Part shown: positions 1 through 9,108 of the stretch, piece after piece
How positions within the stretch are numbered: position 1 is the stretch's first letter
Layout: every line of letters starts with the position of its first letter
Virus record (IMG/VR): IMGVR_UViG_3300008267_000344
Span: 1-24,801 of that record
Strand: one strand, 5' to 3'
Origin: a virus
Lineage: Duplodnaviria; Caudoviricetes
DNA length: 24,801 nt
Position numbers and translations under genes: made by a program
Notes under the pieces: model-generated
What the model was told of the DNA's origin: nothing
What the model saw: the letters and a program-made list of their open reading frames with translations, nothing else
The model's database searches: none

Positions 1-74
1 TAAAAAAGCGTATATACGGATTGAAGTAGTGGGGGTAGTAGTCATGATGCTATGTAGGGGATTATTTTCTATGT

Positions 75-82
75 ATATTTAT
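75..82 (+). promoter_or_regulatory. ATATTTAT motif, putative phage late promoter
   Basis: ATATTTAT 10 nt upstream of ATG 93; the same 8-mer precedes six other genes in the window. Confidence 0.55.
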
Positions 83-92
83 TATAAACACA

Positions 93-665
93 ATGGCTAC
101 ATTTAAAATAAAGCTTGAGGATAAAGCTGCTTTCCTAAATCGTCTTGAAAAACAAGATGTACCTATGGATAGTAGTAAAATAAAAGATAATAAGCTTGAG
201 GGATATTTTGAAGTAGATATTGTTGATCCTAAACAATTAGAAGTAGTTAAAACAATTTTAAAACAATCCCCAAAAATTAACACAATAAAAGAAATGAAAA
301 AATCATTAACTAAGGATCAATTAAAAGAAATGATCCGTCAAGAATTACAAGGCGTATTAGCTGAAAAAAAGAAAATGAAAGATGAAGATAAAAAAGAAAA
401 AATTGATGAACTTGTAGTTGGTAGTGGAGAGACAGGAGCAAAACAAGCTGCAGAACAACTAATGAGTGCTATTTCTAGTGGTGATCCTTTTTGGACAGGA
501 GTAGCATTAGTAGGAGCTGTTGTTACGGGTGTATTAGCTGGTCCTAAAGTTGCTCAAACAGTTAAAGGATATTACAAAGCATTAACCCAAAAAGACCCAG
601 CTAAGGCTGAAAAGTTAAAAGATGCTGCTGAAGAAGCAAACATTGATGTAACTGAGGTTGCTTAA
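93..665 (+). CDS. hypothetical protein, charged/coiled-coil with a C-terminal hydrophobic segment (possible virion internal protein)
   Basis: 190-aa ORF, upstream ATATTTAT motif, downstream terminator; hydrophobic stretch WTGVALVGAVVTGVLAG. Confidence 0.8.
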   Translation: MATFKIKLEDKAAFLNRLEKQDVPMDSSKIKDNKLEGYFEVDIVDPKQLEVVKTILKQSPKINTIKEMKKSLTKDQLKEMIRQELQGVLAEKKKMKDEDKKEKIDELVVGSGETGAKQAAEQLMSAISSGDPFWTGVALVGAVVTGVLAGPKVAQTVKGYYKALTQKDPAKAEKLKDAAEEANIDVTEVA

Positions 666-690
666 TTAAAATAATTAATTATCTAAAAAT

Positions 691-722
691 AGGGCGTCTT
701 GAAAAAGATGCCCTTCTTCTTT
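691..722 (+). terminator. intrinsic terminator
   Basis: 10-bp stem AGGGCGTCTT / AAGATGCCCT (one G-U pair) with GAAA tetraloop, followed by TCTTCTTT, just after the stop at 665. Confidence 0.85.
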
Positions 723-751
723 GGAAGTATAAAATTTTTTTGGTATATTTA
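720..751 (+). promoter_or_regulatory. Bacteroidota-type housekeeping promoter (TTTG-N20-TATATTTA)
   Basis: TTTG 720-723 and TATATTTA 744-751; resembles the Bacteroidota -33 TTTG / -7 TAnnTTTG consensus; same geometry at 1317, 17226 and 23179. Confidence 0.6.
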
Positions 752-820
752 ACCTACGAGGGTTTGGAAATAAGGGAATGAGAGAAACCGCCGAGAGGGT
801 TGGGAATCACAAGTTATCAT

Positions 821-828
821 ATATTTAT
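821..828 (+). promoter_or_regulatory. ATATTTAT motif, putative phage late promoter
   Basis: 15 nt upstream of ATG 844. Confidence 0.55.
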
Positions 829-843
829 ATATAAACATATATT

Positions 844-1041
844 ATGAAGTATAAAAACAACGTTGCTGAAAAATTAACACAATTAGAAGCAACAGCAAAC
901 AGAATTCAATTTCAAGTAAACAGAAATGCTGATCAAGATTCAACTTTAGAATCTATTAGTGATTTAAAAGAACAAATTGAAAAATTACAAGAAATTATTT
1001 CTTTAGAACAAGACGATTTTGCTCAACAATTTAGAGGATAA
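844..1041 (+). CDS. small coiled-coil hypothetical protein
   Basis: 65-aa ORF with heptad pattern, tightly packed with the next gene. Confidence 0.75.
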   Translation: MKYKNNVAEKLTQLEATANRIQFQVNRNADQDSTLESISDLKEQIEKLQEIISLEQDDFAQQFRG

Positions 1042-1043
1042 TT

Positions 1044-1316
1044 ATGATGTGGGTTTGGTTGTTAGTTATTCATTTAATTGAAATAGTAGCTATAGGAATA
1101 TTTTTTCTTATTAGACGTAACAATGCACTTGAAAAAGCAGTTGTTGATCAACAACAATATATTGATGCTATTAGTATATTAATTGCTGATTCTGATGCTC
1201 GTCTAAGAGAACTAGATACTATGGGTGCTTTTGAAACAGATGATGAAGTAGGTACTTTCTTTAAAAATTTAAGAGAAATGCAAACTATTATTAGTCAATT
1301 TAATAATAGAAAATAA
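1044..1316 (+). CDS. hypothetical membrane-anchored protein (N-terminal TM helix plus coiled coil)
   Basis: 90-aa ORF; WVWLLVIHLIEIVAIGIFFLI followed by RR, then an amphipathic helix. Confidence 0.75.
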   Translation: MMWVWLLVIHLIEIVAIGIFFLIRRNNALEKAVVDQQQYIDAISILIADSDARLRELDTMGAFETDDEVGTFFKNLREMQTIISQFNNRK

Positions 1317-1348
1317 TTTGGTTATGTGATTTTTCTCCCGTATATTGG
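1317..1348 (+). promoter_or_regulatory. Bacteroidota-type promoter (TTTG-N20-TATATTGG) upstream of the sigma gene
   Basis: TTTG 1317-1320, TATATT from 1341, 20-nt spacer. Confidence 0.6.
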
Positions 1349-1369
1349 GATTAAAAATTAGAAATCACA

Positions 1370-2143
1370 ATGTCATATTACGATACTTACGGCGCTGATA
1401 TATTTGCCGATGATAAAATATCCTTAACTAAACGAGGTCAACCGCGTAAACGCAAACCTAAAGAACCTCGTATCTATTTTACTCAAGACACTGAGGATGC
1501 TATAGTAGAGTATCTTATTACTACGGATACTACTGAACGTAATCGTATCTATAATGAGCGTATTGAATATGGCTTTTATAAATTGGCCGAAAATATTATT
1601 CATACGTTTAAATTTTATTATACGGATACTGATACAATAGAGGAACTTAAGCATGAAGTTATTACTTTCCTTCTTGAAAAACTACATCTATATAACCCAG
1701 AAAAAGGTAAAGCATTTTCTTATTTTGGTACTATTGCTAAACGTTATTTAATCGTCTATAACGAAAACAACTATAAAAAACTCCAGGAAAAAGCAGATGT
1801 AGATGAAACTGATGATGATCAGATGCAGTTATATGAAAATGATAAAAATATAGAAAACATATTTAATGAAAATTCATTTATGGATCAATATATTAAGTAT
1901 ATTGATACTCATATATATAAATTATTTCCTAAAAAACAAGACGCTCAAACTGCAGACGCAATTGTTGAATTATTTCGTAAACGTGAAACATTAGAAATAT
2001 TTAATAAAAAAGCATTATACATCTATATACGTGAAATAACAGACGTATCAACTCCTCAAATTACTAAAATTATCAAAAAACTTAAGGTAATATATGTTCA
2101 GTTATATAATGAATATTACCAACACGGATATATAAAAATCTAA
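1370..2143 (+). CDS. phage RNA polymerase sigma factor (T4 gp55-like late sigma)
   Basis: Sigma region-2-like segment ...LKHEVITFLLEKLHLYNPEKGKAFSYFGTIAKRYLI..., comparable to F-D-P-E-K...F-x-Y-F-T in gp55/sigma70; C-terminal HTH-like segment IYIREITDVSTPQITKII. Confidence 0.7.
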   Translation: MSYYDTYGADIFADDKISLTKRGQPRKRKPKEPRIYFTQDTEDAIVEYLITTDTTERNRIYNERIEYGFYKLAENIIHTFKFYYTDTDTIEELKHEVITFLLEKLHLYNPEKGKAFSYFGTIAKRYLIVYNENNYKKLQEKADVDETDDDQMQLYENDKNIENIFNENSFMDQYIKYIDTHIYKLFPKKQDAQTADAIVELFRKRETLEIFNKKALYIYIREITDVSTPQITKIIKKLKVIYVQLYNEYYQHGYIKI

Positions 2144-2149
2144 TTATTC

Positions 2150-2157
2150 ATATTTAT
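2150..2157 (+). promoter_or_regulatory. ATATTTAT motif, putative phage late promoter
   Basis: 15 nt upstream of ATG 2173, at the start of the structural module. Confidence 0.55.
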
Positions 2158-2172
2158 TGATAAACGCAATTT

Positions 2173-2556
2173 ATGTCTAATTTTGACGACGTTACATTAT
2201 TTGGTAATACATCCTTATCCGATTTATTTAAACAAATACATAGAAATAATAAGGATATTGACAAACAAATTAATGAACTTATAGATAATATTAAGCCTCT
2301 AGCAACATCCAATGCAGGTTCCGCTGTAATGTTAATGCCTACTGTAAAGGATTTAATTGATGTTAACGTAAAAAATAATGATCAATTACTTAAAATGGCA
2401 GGTATTGCACAACGTGCTGCTTCTATCAATGCAAGTGCAGGTAATGAATTAATTAATATGGATGAAATTAACGCTTTACTTGAAGATCAAAAATCAATAC
2501 AAGAGGAAAGTCAAAAATTACTTGAGCAAACCCCTATGATACAAATAAATCAGTAA
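2173..2556 (+). CDS. hypothetical alpha-helical protein
   Basis: 127-aa ORF, helical/coiled-coil; size and pattern only loosely reminiscent of small terminase subunits, function not assigned. Confidence 0.75.
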   Translation: MSNFDDVTLFGNTSLSDLFKQIHRNNKDIDKQINELIDNIKPLATSNAGSAVMLMPTVKDLIDVNVKNNDQLLKMAGIAQRAASINASAGNELINMDEINALLEDQKSIQEESQKLLEQTPMIQINQ

Positions 2557-2559
2557 AGT

Positions 2560-3738
2560 ATGAAGTTTACTATTGGATCTGCTAATTCATTTAAAGGAGT
2601 AGGTGGAAATAATTTTGCTACTAATTTTACTAATTTTGGAGAAGTTGGAAGGGTTTATGGTGTTGTTACTACTGAAAATACTCCTACCAAAAAAATGTTT
2701 GAAGAAGTAGGGGGTTTTAGTGGTATAGGCACAATTTTTTATAAAGATTATTTAACCTCTACTGCTATAGCTGGTTTACCTACTGATGATGAGTTTTTAA
2801 GTTCCTGTAAAAAGGCTAAACCTAAATTTCCTAATTTTCAATATTACCCTATACGAGGAGAATTAGTATCATTAGAAAATCTCCCTTCCCCTTCAACACA
2901 AGATATTAGAAACTCCATTCAGGCTTATTATACTATTTTTAATTTATGGAATAATCCTCAACAAAATGCTCAACCTGCAAACGATGATGCTAGTTTAGGA
3001 CTTACTTTCCTTGAAAATCCTAATATTAGGCCTTTAATTCCTTTTGAAGGAGATCATATAATAGGGGGTAGACAAGGATCTTCTTTAAGATTTAGTACTA
3101 CTACTAAACTATTTAATAACCTAAATGAATGGAGCGCTATAGGAGGTGAAAATGATCCTATTACTATTTTAACTAATGGATTAGATTTTGACTCTAAAAA
3201 ACAATACTATGTTGAACAAATAAATAAAGATGATTCTTCCATTTATTTAACTTCAACTCAAAAAATACCATTACAAACAAATAAAACAGGTACTTTAAAT
3301 AATCTAACTAATCCATTAAATGCACCTGATTATTTTAATTCTCAAGTAATATTAAATGCCGATAGAATTACTTTAAATTCTAAAAAGGATGAAGTAATGA
3401 TATTTGCAAAAACAAACGTTGAAATAAATACTAAAAATATTATTAATTTAAACGCTGATGAAAGGGTACATTTAAACAGTAATAGTATATTTTTAGGCCC
3501 CTATGATGCAAATAAACCAGCCCAACCTCTTCTTTTAGGAGATAATACTTATGAATTATTAGAATCTTTACTTGATAGTTTATATAATTTAGGTATTTCC
3601 CTTTCTACAGTTATAGGTAGCCCAGAAGGAGCTCCTGCTGTAGATATAAATAATGCTGCTGGGAGTTTATTAAATGATTTGGATAGAATTAATGATAAAC
3701 TGGGAGGAATTTTATCACAACAAAACTTTACAGTTTAA
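2560..3738 (+). CDS. baseplate central spike protein (gp5/gpV/VgrG-like)
   Basis: OB-fold-like YYPIRGELV motif, EGD..I.GR.GSSLRF, beta-helix-like repeats (VILNADRITLNSK..VEINTK.IINLNA..VHLNS..IFLG) and QPLLLGD; sits upstream of gp25/gp6. Confidence 0.65.
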   Translation: MKFTIGSANSFKGVGGNNFATNFTNFGEVGRVYGVVTTENTPTKKMFEEVGGFSGIGTIFYKDYLTSTAIAGLPTDDEFLSSCKKAKPKFPNFQYYPIRGELVSLENLPSPSTQDIRNSIQAYYTIFNLWNNPQQNAQPANDDASLGLTFLENPNIRPLIPFEGDHIIGGRQGSSLRFSTTTKLFNNLNEWSAIGGENDPITILTNGLDFDSKKQYYVEQINKDDSSIYLTSTQKIPLQTNKTGTLNNLTNPLNAPDYFNSQVILNADRITLNSKKDEVMIFAKTNVEINTKNIINLNADERVHLNSNSIFLGPYDANKPAQPLLLGDNTYELLESLLDSLYNLGISLSTVIGSPEGAPAVDINNAAGSLLNDLDRINDKLGGILSQQNFTV

Positions 3739-4991
3739 TGGCTAATAATTTAAATGTATCTTCTGTAATTTCTCCTGATATTTTAAAAACAATATCTACA
3801 TCTACTGCTATAAAAACTTTAGGAAATCAATTAATTGATCAAAATAAAGAAAAAATCATATCTACTTCCTTAGGAAAAGTACAACAACTTACAAATCAGA
3901 TAGCAGAAATTGTTATATTAGAACAAAAAGTAGAACTTAACCATAATGCAGAATTAAAACGTCTAGATAAGCTCCTAAAAGAAAAACAAATAACTCAGGA
4001 ACAATATGATGAAGCTGTAAAGATAGAAAATGCAGCTTACAATGAAAAAAGAAAAGATTTAGAACAGTTAAGGATAAAATTAGAAGAAGATAAAAAAAAT
4101 ATTATTAAGGATCCTTTTCGTAAAATAAAAGAAAAAGCAAACGCAAGAAAACTTAGAAGAGCTAAAAGAAAAAGTAGAACTAAAGCTGAAAAAGCTAAAG
4201 CAAGAAGAGATTTAGCTAAGAAAGTAATTTCTAATGCTGCTAAAACTTTAGCCCCTATTATAGCCTTACAGTTAGCAAATCAATTTGCTTCTATTATATC
4301 TCAAAGAGCAAAATTAGAAGTCTTAGTAGACCAAGTTAACGCCTATATAGACCAAGCTAATACCCCAGATACAGTTGCAATCGCTACAAACCTAAGAAAT
4401 AATACTATTGCTTTAATTAACAATACTATTAATAAATTAACAAATCTCCAAAAAACTTTAGGTCTTATTAGTGTGTCTTTAACTATATTTAATACATTAA
4501 TACCATTATTAAATAGATCGGCTCCATTAACTGTAATAGGTACTCCACCCGGAGTTCCTATTGTTACTATGACAGTACATGATGAAATTAGAAATAAAAA
4601 ACAAAGACTTGAAAAACTAGTATCTGCATTAAGTGCTGTATTAGCTATTGCTACTATAGCTTTAACAAATGAAATTGAAAAACTTAATGAATTAATATTA
4701 AGGTTAAAAGATGTTAATTTAGATGGACTAGACCAACAACAACTAACAGATTTAACATCTAGTATATATAATAATGTTGATAATTTTCCTCCCTATAAAG
4801 GATTTACATTTAAAATTAAAGAAGAACAAAACCAAGCATTTGTTGTAAAAGGTAATAAACGCCGCTATGCTGTTGCTATTGATCGTGATGGAGTAGAAGT
4901 ACTTAAAAGTGAATTATCATTTACTTTAGATCCTAATGATTTAGTAGAACAACTAAAACTAATTATTGATCAACGAAATTTACAAGGATAA
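3738..4991 (+). CDS. hypothetical protein, long coiled coils with a basic patch and hydrophobic helices
   Basis: 417-aa ORF coupled to the spike gene by a TAATG overlap. Confidence 0.8.
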   Translation: MANNLNVSSVISPDILKTISTSTAIKTLGNQLIDQNKEKIISTSLGKVQQLTNQIAEIVILEQKVELNHNAELKRLDKLLKEKQITQEQYDEAVKIENAAYNEKRKDLEQLRIKLEEDKKNIIKDPFRKIKEKANARKLRRAKRKSRTKAEKAKARRDLAKKVISNAAKTLAPIIALQLANQFASIISQRAKLEVLVDQVNAYIDQANTPDTVAIATNLRNNTIALINNTINKLTNLQKTLGLISVSLTIFNTLIPLLNRSAPLTVIGTPPGVPIVTMTVHDEIRNKKQRLEKLVSALSAVLAIATIALTNEIEKLNELILRLKDVNLDGLDQQQLTDLTSSIYNNVDNFPPYKGFTFKIKEEQNQAFVVKGNKRRYAVAIDRDGVEVLKSELSFTLDPNDLVEQLKLIIDQRNLQG

Positions 4992-4992
4992 A

Positions 4993-5000
4993 ATATTTAT
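4993..5000 (+). promoter_or_regulatory. ATATTTAT motif, putative phage late promoter
   Basis: AATATTTATAATTATG; motif ends 4 nt before ATG 5005; near-identical to 22404-22419. Confidence 0.55.
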
Positions 5001-5004
5001 AATT

Positions 5005-5364
5005 ATGAATACTAAAGCATTTAAAAGATTAATTAAAGAAGCAGTAATTGATGCTATTCATGAAGAATTACCTTATATTCTTGAAGAGCACATGGCTAAA
5101 CAAGAAAAAAAAGCATTGCGTGAAAATAAAACATTTAATTACACCAGCAATGATATAATACCCGGTAACCCAGATGTTAGATCATCATTGCGTGCTAAAA
5201 TGGGTGAAGCTTTTGGATTTCAACAACCTCAACCTAAATTAGAAGTAATCGATGCTATTGATGAAAATACAGGAGAACGTATAAATCCATTTGCTGCCTT
5301 TTTAGCCGACTCAGCAGCTAATATGACTCCTCAAGAAAGAGCAGGACTTAAAAATTTAGGATAA
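5005..5364 (+). CDS. hypothetical protein (start revised from 4966 to 5005)
   Basis: In-frame ATG 5005 (MNTKAFKRLIKEAV...) avoids overlap with the upstream gene and follows the promoter motif. Confidence 0.75.
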   Translation: MNTKAFKRLIKEAVIDAIHEELPYILEEHMAKQEKKALRENKTFNYTSNDIIPGNPDVRSSLRAKMGEAFGFQQPQPKLEVIDAIDENTGERINPFAAFLADSAANMTPQERAGLKNLG

Positions 5365-5365
5365 T

Positions 5366-5776
5366 ATGCCAATACCTCAAACAATACGTGTAAATCCGTT
5401 AGATTTACAAAAGAATATTGCTATTGGGGTATCATTACCTTTTAATGGACCTGGGGTGTTTAATAGTACATATACTACTAAGGATCAAATAAAATCAAAT
5501 CTACTTAATCTACTCCTAACTGAAACAGGAGAAAGAATAATGAATCCAGGATTTGGCACTATTTTAAAAAGATTCTTATTTGAAGGAATTACAGAAAATA
5601 ATATAGAATTTTTAAAAAATAGTTTAATAGATAACATAGCAATTTATATTCCTGATATAACAGTAACAAATATTACTATAACCCCAGAATATGATTCTAA
5701 TACAATAAATTTAAGTGTTGATTATATATTAAATATATCTCAAACACCCGATCAAGTAACAGTACAATTTCAATAA
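5366..5776 (+). CDS. baseplate wedge subunit, gp25/GPW family
   Basis: QIKSNLLNLLLTETGERIMNPGFG..L..FLFE is the gp25 family signature. Confidence 0.9.
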   Translation: MPIPQTIRVNPLDLQKNIAIGVSLPFNGPGVFNSTYTTKDQIKSNLLNLLLTETGERIMNPGFGTILKRFLFEGITENNIEFLKNSLIDNIAIYIPDITVTNITITPEYDSNTINLSVDYILNISQTPDQVTVQFQ

Positions 5777-5778
5777 TA

Positions 5779-7617
5779 ATGGCTAACGAGGACAAAAATA
5801 TATCATACTTAAATAAAAGCTTTACAGACTTTAAATCAGCATTACAACAATATGCCAAAACCTACTTCCCAACAACATATAATGACTTTTCAGAATCAAC
5901 CCCTGGAAATTTATTTATTGAGATGGCTTCTTATGTAGGTGATGTTATGTCATTTTACTTAGATACTCAAGTACAAGAAAATTTTCTATTATATGCTAAA
6001 GAAAAAGAAAATCTATATGCATTATCTTATGTAATGGGTTATCGTCCTAAAGCATCTTATGCCTCAAGTACTATTGTAGATATATACCAATTAATGCCTG
6101 CTGAAATATTTGCAGGTACTACAAATCCTCATTATGATGTTTATGGTTTAATAATACCTTCTAATACCGTATTAACCTCAACTAGTACAGGTACTAAATT
6201 TATAACAACCCATCAAGTTGATTTTTCAGACCCTAAAAATGCTGAGGTTACTTTTATAAATAGCAATACATATTTAGTTAAAAAATCAGTCCCGGTAATA
6301 TCAGCTGAGTTAAAATCAACAGTTTTATCTTTTACTGGTAATCAAAAATTTGCTACTAGCAATATTACTGATACTAATATATTACAAATAATTAATGTTA
6401 CTGGTAGTGATGGAAATTTTTGGTATGAAGTACCCTACCTAGCTCAATCTACTGTATTCCAAAAAATATCAAATCCAAATTATACTACTGATCAGGTACC
6501 TTATTTATTACAATTACAGAGGGTACCTAGACGTTTTGTTTCTAGAATTTTATCTGATAATACATTACAATTAGAATTTGGAGCAGGATTATCAAAGGAT
6601 AAAACAGACTCCCAAATTATTCCTACACCTGATAATATTCAAACAGGAGTAGTTCCAGAAATTTCATTACTAACTAATAATTATAATGAGGCTTCTGTAA
6701 TGTTTACTCAAGAATATGGATTAGTTCCTTCTGGTTCTTTAACTGTAAGTTATTTAGTTGGAGGAGGAATTACATCTAATGTGCCTGCTAATGATTTAAC
6801 TATTATAGATACATCTGGGGTTTATTTTAAAAATGGAGATCCGGGAGGTGCATTATCTATTACTGTTTTAGATAGTGTAGTATCAAATAACCCAATTCCT
6901 TCTACAGGAGGAAGAAATGGAGATACATCAGATGAAATTAGACAAAATGCTTTATATTCTTATTCTACTCAACTAAGAGCAGTAACTAAAGATGATTACA
7001 TTGTTAGAGCATTATCTATGCCTTCTGATTATGGAACAGTAGCTAAAGCCTATATATCTCAAGATTTATATCAAAATCCTCAACAAACGGTAGCAGTAAC
7101 ACAACAGAATAATTCTTTAGCATTAGATTTATATATTTTATCTTATACTTCTGGTAAGCAATTAACTACGGCATCTACTACATTAAAAAATAATTTAGTA
7201 ACTTATCTTAACCAATATAGAATGGTTACTGATGCTATTAATATCAAAGATGCTTTTTATATTAATATTGGAATAAATTTTGATATTACTATTCAAAGTG
7301 GATTTTCAAACAAAGAAGTGCTAACAAATTGTATATCCACTATAAAAGATCATTTTAATATTGATAAATGGCAAATTAATCAACCTATTATTTTATCAGA
7401 TATTACATCTAAATTATTACAAATTAGAGGAGTACAATCCGTGGTTAAATTAGAAATAACAAATAAACAAGATAGTACTAATGCTACATATTCTCAATAT
7501 GGGTATGACATAGCAGGAGCTACCCGCAACGGAAACATATATCCTTCCTTAGACCCTGCTATATTTGAAATTAGATATCCAGACACAGATATACAAGGTA
7601 GAGTAGTAGTAGTTTAA
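5779..7617 (+). CDS. baseplate wedge subunit, T4 gp6 / baseplate J-like
   Basis: N-terminal YNDFSES.PG..FIEMASYVGDVMSFY.D, L.FG.G, Y.VGGG..SNV, GG...D..DEIR..A....Q.RAVT.DDY; follows gp25. Confidence 0.88.
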   Translation: MANEDKNISYLNKSFTDFKSALQQYAKTYFPTTYNDFSESTPGNLFIEMASYVGDVMSFYLDTQVQENFLLYAKEKENLYALSYVMGYRPKASYASSTIVDIYQLMPAEIFAGTTNPHYDVYGLIIPSNTVLTSTSTGTKFITTHQVDFSDPKNAEVTFINSNTYLVKKSVPVISAELKSTVLSFTGNQKFATSNITDTNILQIINVTGSDGNFWYEVPYLAQSTVFQKISNPNYTTDQVPYLLQLQRVPRRFVSRILSDNTLQLEFGAGLSKDKTDSQIIPTPDNIQTGVVPEISLLTNNYNEASVMFTQEYGLVPSGSLTVSYLVGGGITSNVPANDLTIIDTSGVYFKNGDPGGALSITVLDSVVSNNPIPSTGGRNGDTSDEIRQNALYSYSTQLRAVTKDDYIVRALSMPSDYGTVAKAYISQDLYQNPQQTVAVTQQNNSLALDLYILSYTSGKQLTTASTTLKNNLVTYLNQYRMVTDAINIKDAFYINIGINFDITIQSGFSNKEVLTNCISTIKDHFNIDKWQINQPIILSDITSKLLQIRGVQSVVKLEITNKQDSTNATYSQYGYDIAGATRNGNIYPSLDPAIFEIRYPDTDIQGRVVVV

Positions 7618-7646
7618 TTTTTACATAAAATAGACCTATAGTTACT

Positions 7647-7654
7647 ATATTTAT
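7647..7654 (+). promoter_or_regulatory. ATATTTAT motif, putative phage late promoter
   Basis: 18 nt upstream of ATG 7673; lies within an imperfect inverted repeat at 7642-7663. Confidence 0.55.
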
Positions 7655-7672
7655 ATGTAGTAATTACTAATT

Positions 7673-8773
7673 ATGGCTGTTTATAAAATATTTCCTGAAA
7701 AAAGCGCTACCCTCTATTCATATTATCCTTCTACTAATACAGGATTAGATGAAATTATAGAAATAAGTACCTTTTCTTCTATAAATGAAACTAACGAAGT
7801 ATCTCGAGGTATCATCAAATTTCCATCAGATCAAATATCTGACATAATTACTAATAAAATTAGTGGAAGTAGTTTTGACGTTTATTTAAAAACATATTTA
7901 GCTAATGCTTCTGAAATTCCTTTAAGTTATACTATATTTTCCCATCCCTTATCTAAAAATTGGGATATGGGTACGGGAAGATTTGGTAATTCTCCAACCA
8001 CTATTGATGGAGTTAGTTGGGCTTACACAGATCAATCAGGAAGCATAGCATGGATTAATGGAGCATTTGCATCAGGAACAACGGGATCATACGATATAAG
8101 TGGATCTACAGGTGGAGGCACATGGTATACTAGTTCAAATTACCAATCTACTCAATCATTTACTAATTTATCTTCAAAAGATATTGAAATCAAGGTAACT
8201 AATACTGTATTGGCTTGGAATAGTGGATCCATACCTAATTATGGTTTTATATTAAAACATTCATCCTCTTTAGAATTTACTACAGCTTCTAAATTTGAAC
8301 TTAAATATTTTTCAGGTAATACCCACACTATTTATCCACCTGCTCTTGAATTTAGATGGAATGATTCATCATATAACACAGGATCTTTAAATGTTGTAAC
8401 TTCAAGTTTATTTGCTCTTACTTTAGGTAACAATAAAGGAGAATTCCAACAAGACTCAATTCAGCGTTTTAGAGTAAATGTTAGAGATATTTATCCTTCT
8501 ATAGCTTTTAGAACTTCTATAAGTTATGCTAATTCAAAAGCATTACCTTCTTCTTCATATTGGTCAATAAAAGATTTGGATACTGAAGAAATTATCGTAG
8601 ATTATGACACAAATTATACTAAAATTAGCTGCGATGCTAATGGTAATTATTTTGATGTTCACATGAATGGACTCGAACCAGAACGCTATTATAAATTACT
8701 TATTAAAGCTGTTGTAGCTGATAAAGAAGTAATTGTATCAGACAAAGATTATATTTTTAAAGTTATAAGATAA
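7673..8773 (+). CDS. virion structural protein (DNRLRE/CBM-like beta-sandwich plus C-terminal beta domain)
   Basis: Pattern ATLYS.YP..NTG.DE, SR.IIKF, W..G.G, W.SGSIPNYGFILK, YPP.LE..W resembles DNRLRE-type domains; baseplate context. Confidence 0.6.
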   Translation: MAVYKIFPEKSATLYSYYPSTNTGLDEIIEISTFSSINETNEVSRGIIKFPSDQISDIITNKISGSSFDVYLKTYLANASEIPLSYTIFSHPLSKNWDMGTGRFGNSPTTIDGVSWAYTDQSGSIAWINGAFASGTTGSYDISGSTGGGTWYTSSNYQSTQSFTNLSSKDIEIKVTNTVLAWNSGSIPNYGFILKHSSSLEFTTASKFELKYFSGNTHTIYPPALEFRWNDSSYNTGSLNVVTSSLFALTLGNNKGEFQQDSIQRFRVNVRDIYPSIAFRTSISYANSKALPSSSYWSIKDLDTEEIIVDYDTNYTKISCDANGNYFDVHMNGLEPERYYKLLIKAVVADKEVIVSDKDYIFKVIR

Positions 8774-9108
8774 TGTCTCAAATACCTATTCAAAAACTGG
8801 TATATGATAAAAATACATATAGTAGAGTTATCAATACCCAATTTAGTCAATTAATAAATCAATCAACTGATGAGGAACAACTTTCTTTTACAGTAGATGA
8901 TTTTTTTGAGCTATATGATCAGGTATTTTATCAAATTCCTAAAGAAGGAGATACTAATTCTCATCAATATATTTTACAAAGAGAGGCTGATTATTTAGGT
9001 ATTAGTATAAGCCAAGATGATATTCAAGCATTATTAAATGAAATAACATCTTTAAGACAACAAGTACTTGATGCACAAACAACTATAAACGAATTGACTA
9101 AAAGATAA
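8773..9108 (+). CDS. hypothetical structural-module protein with C-terminal coiled coil
   Basis: 111-aa ORF coupled on both sides by TAATG overlaps. Confidence 0.75.
   Translation: MSQIPIQKLVYDKNTYSRVINTQFSQLINQSTDEEQLSFTVDDFFELYDQVFYQIPKEGDTNSHQYILQREADYLGISISQDDIQALLNEITSLRQQVLDAQTTINELTKR

Noticed and set aside
1-45. Possible minus-strand gene start (ATG at 45: MTTTPTTSIRIYAFL...) running off the window
   Set aside because: Only 15 codons visible; cannot be supported
62-283. Minus-strand 73-aa ORF
   Set aside because: Antisense shadow of 93-665, no recognisable motifs
1044-1316. Holin or spanin call for the TM protein
   Set aside because: No endolysin or lipoprotein partner nearby; one TM helix is not enough
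1424-1654. Minus-strand 76-aa ORF
   Set aside because: Lies wholly within the sigma gene; shadow ORF
4966-5004. Upstream start of the 4966-5364 ORF
   Set aside because: Overlaps the previous gene and spans the promoter motif; 5005 is the better start
7642-7663. Hairpin TTACTATAT-TTAT-ATGTAGTAA as a terminator or N4-like hairpin promoter
   Set aside because: AT-rich weak stem with no U-tract; no comparable hairpin seen at the other ATATTTAT copies
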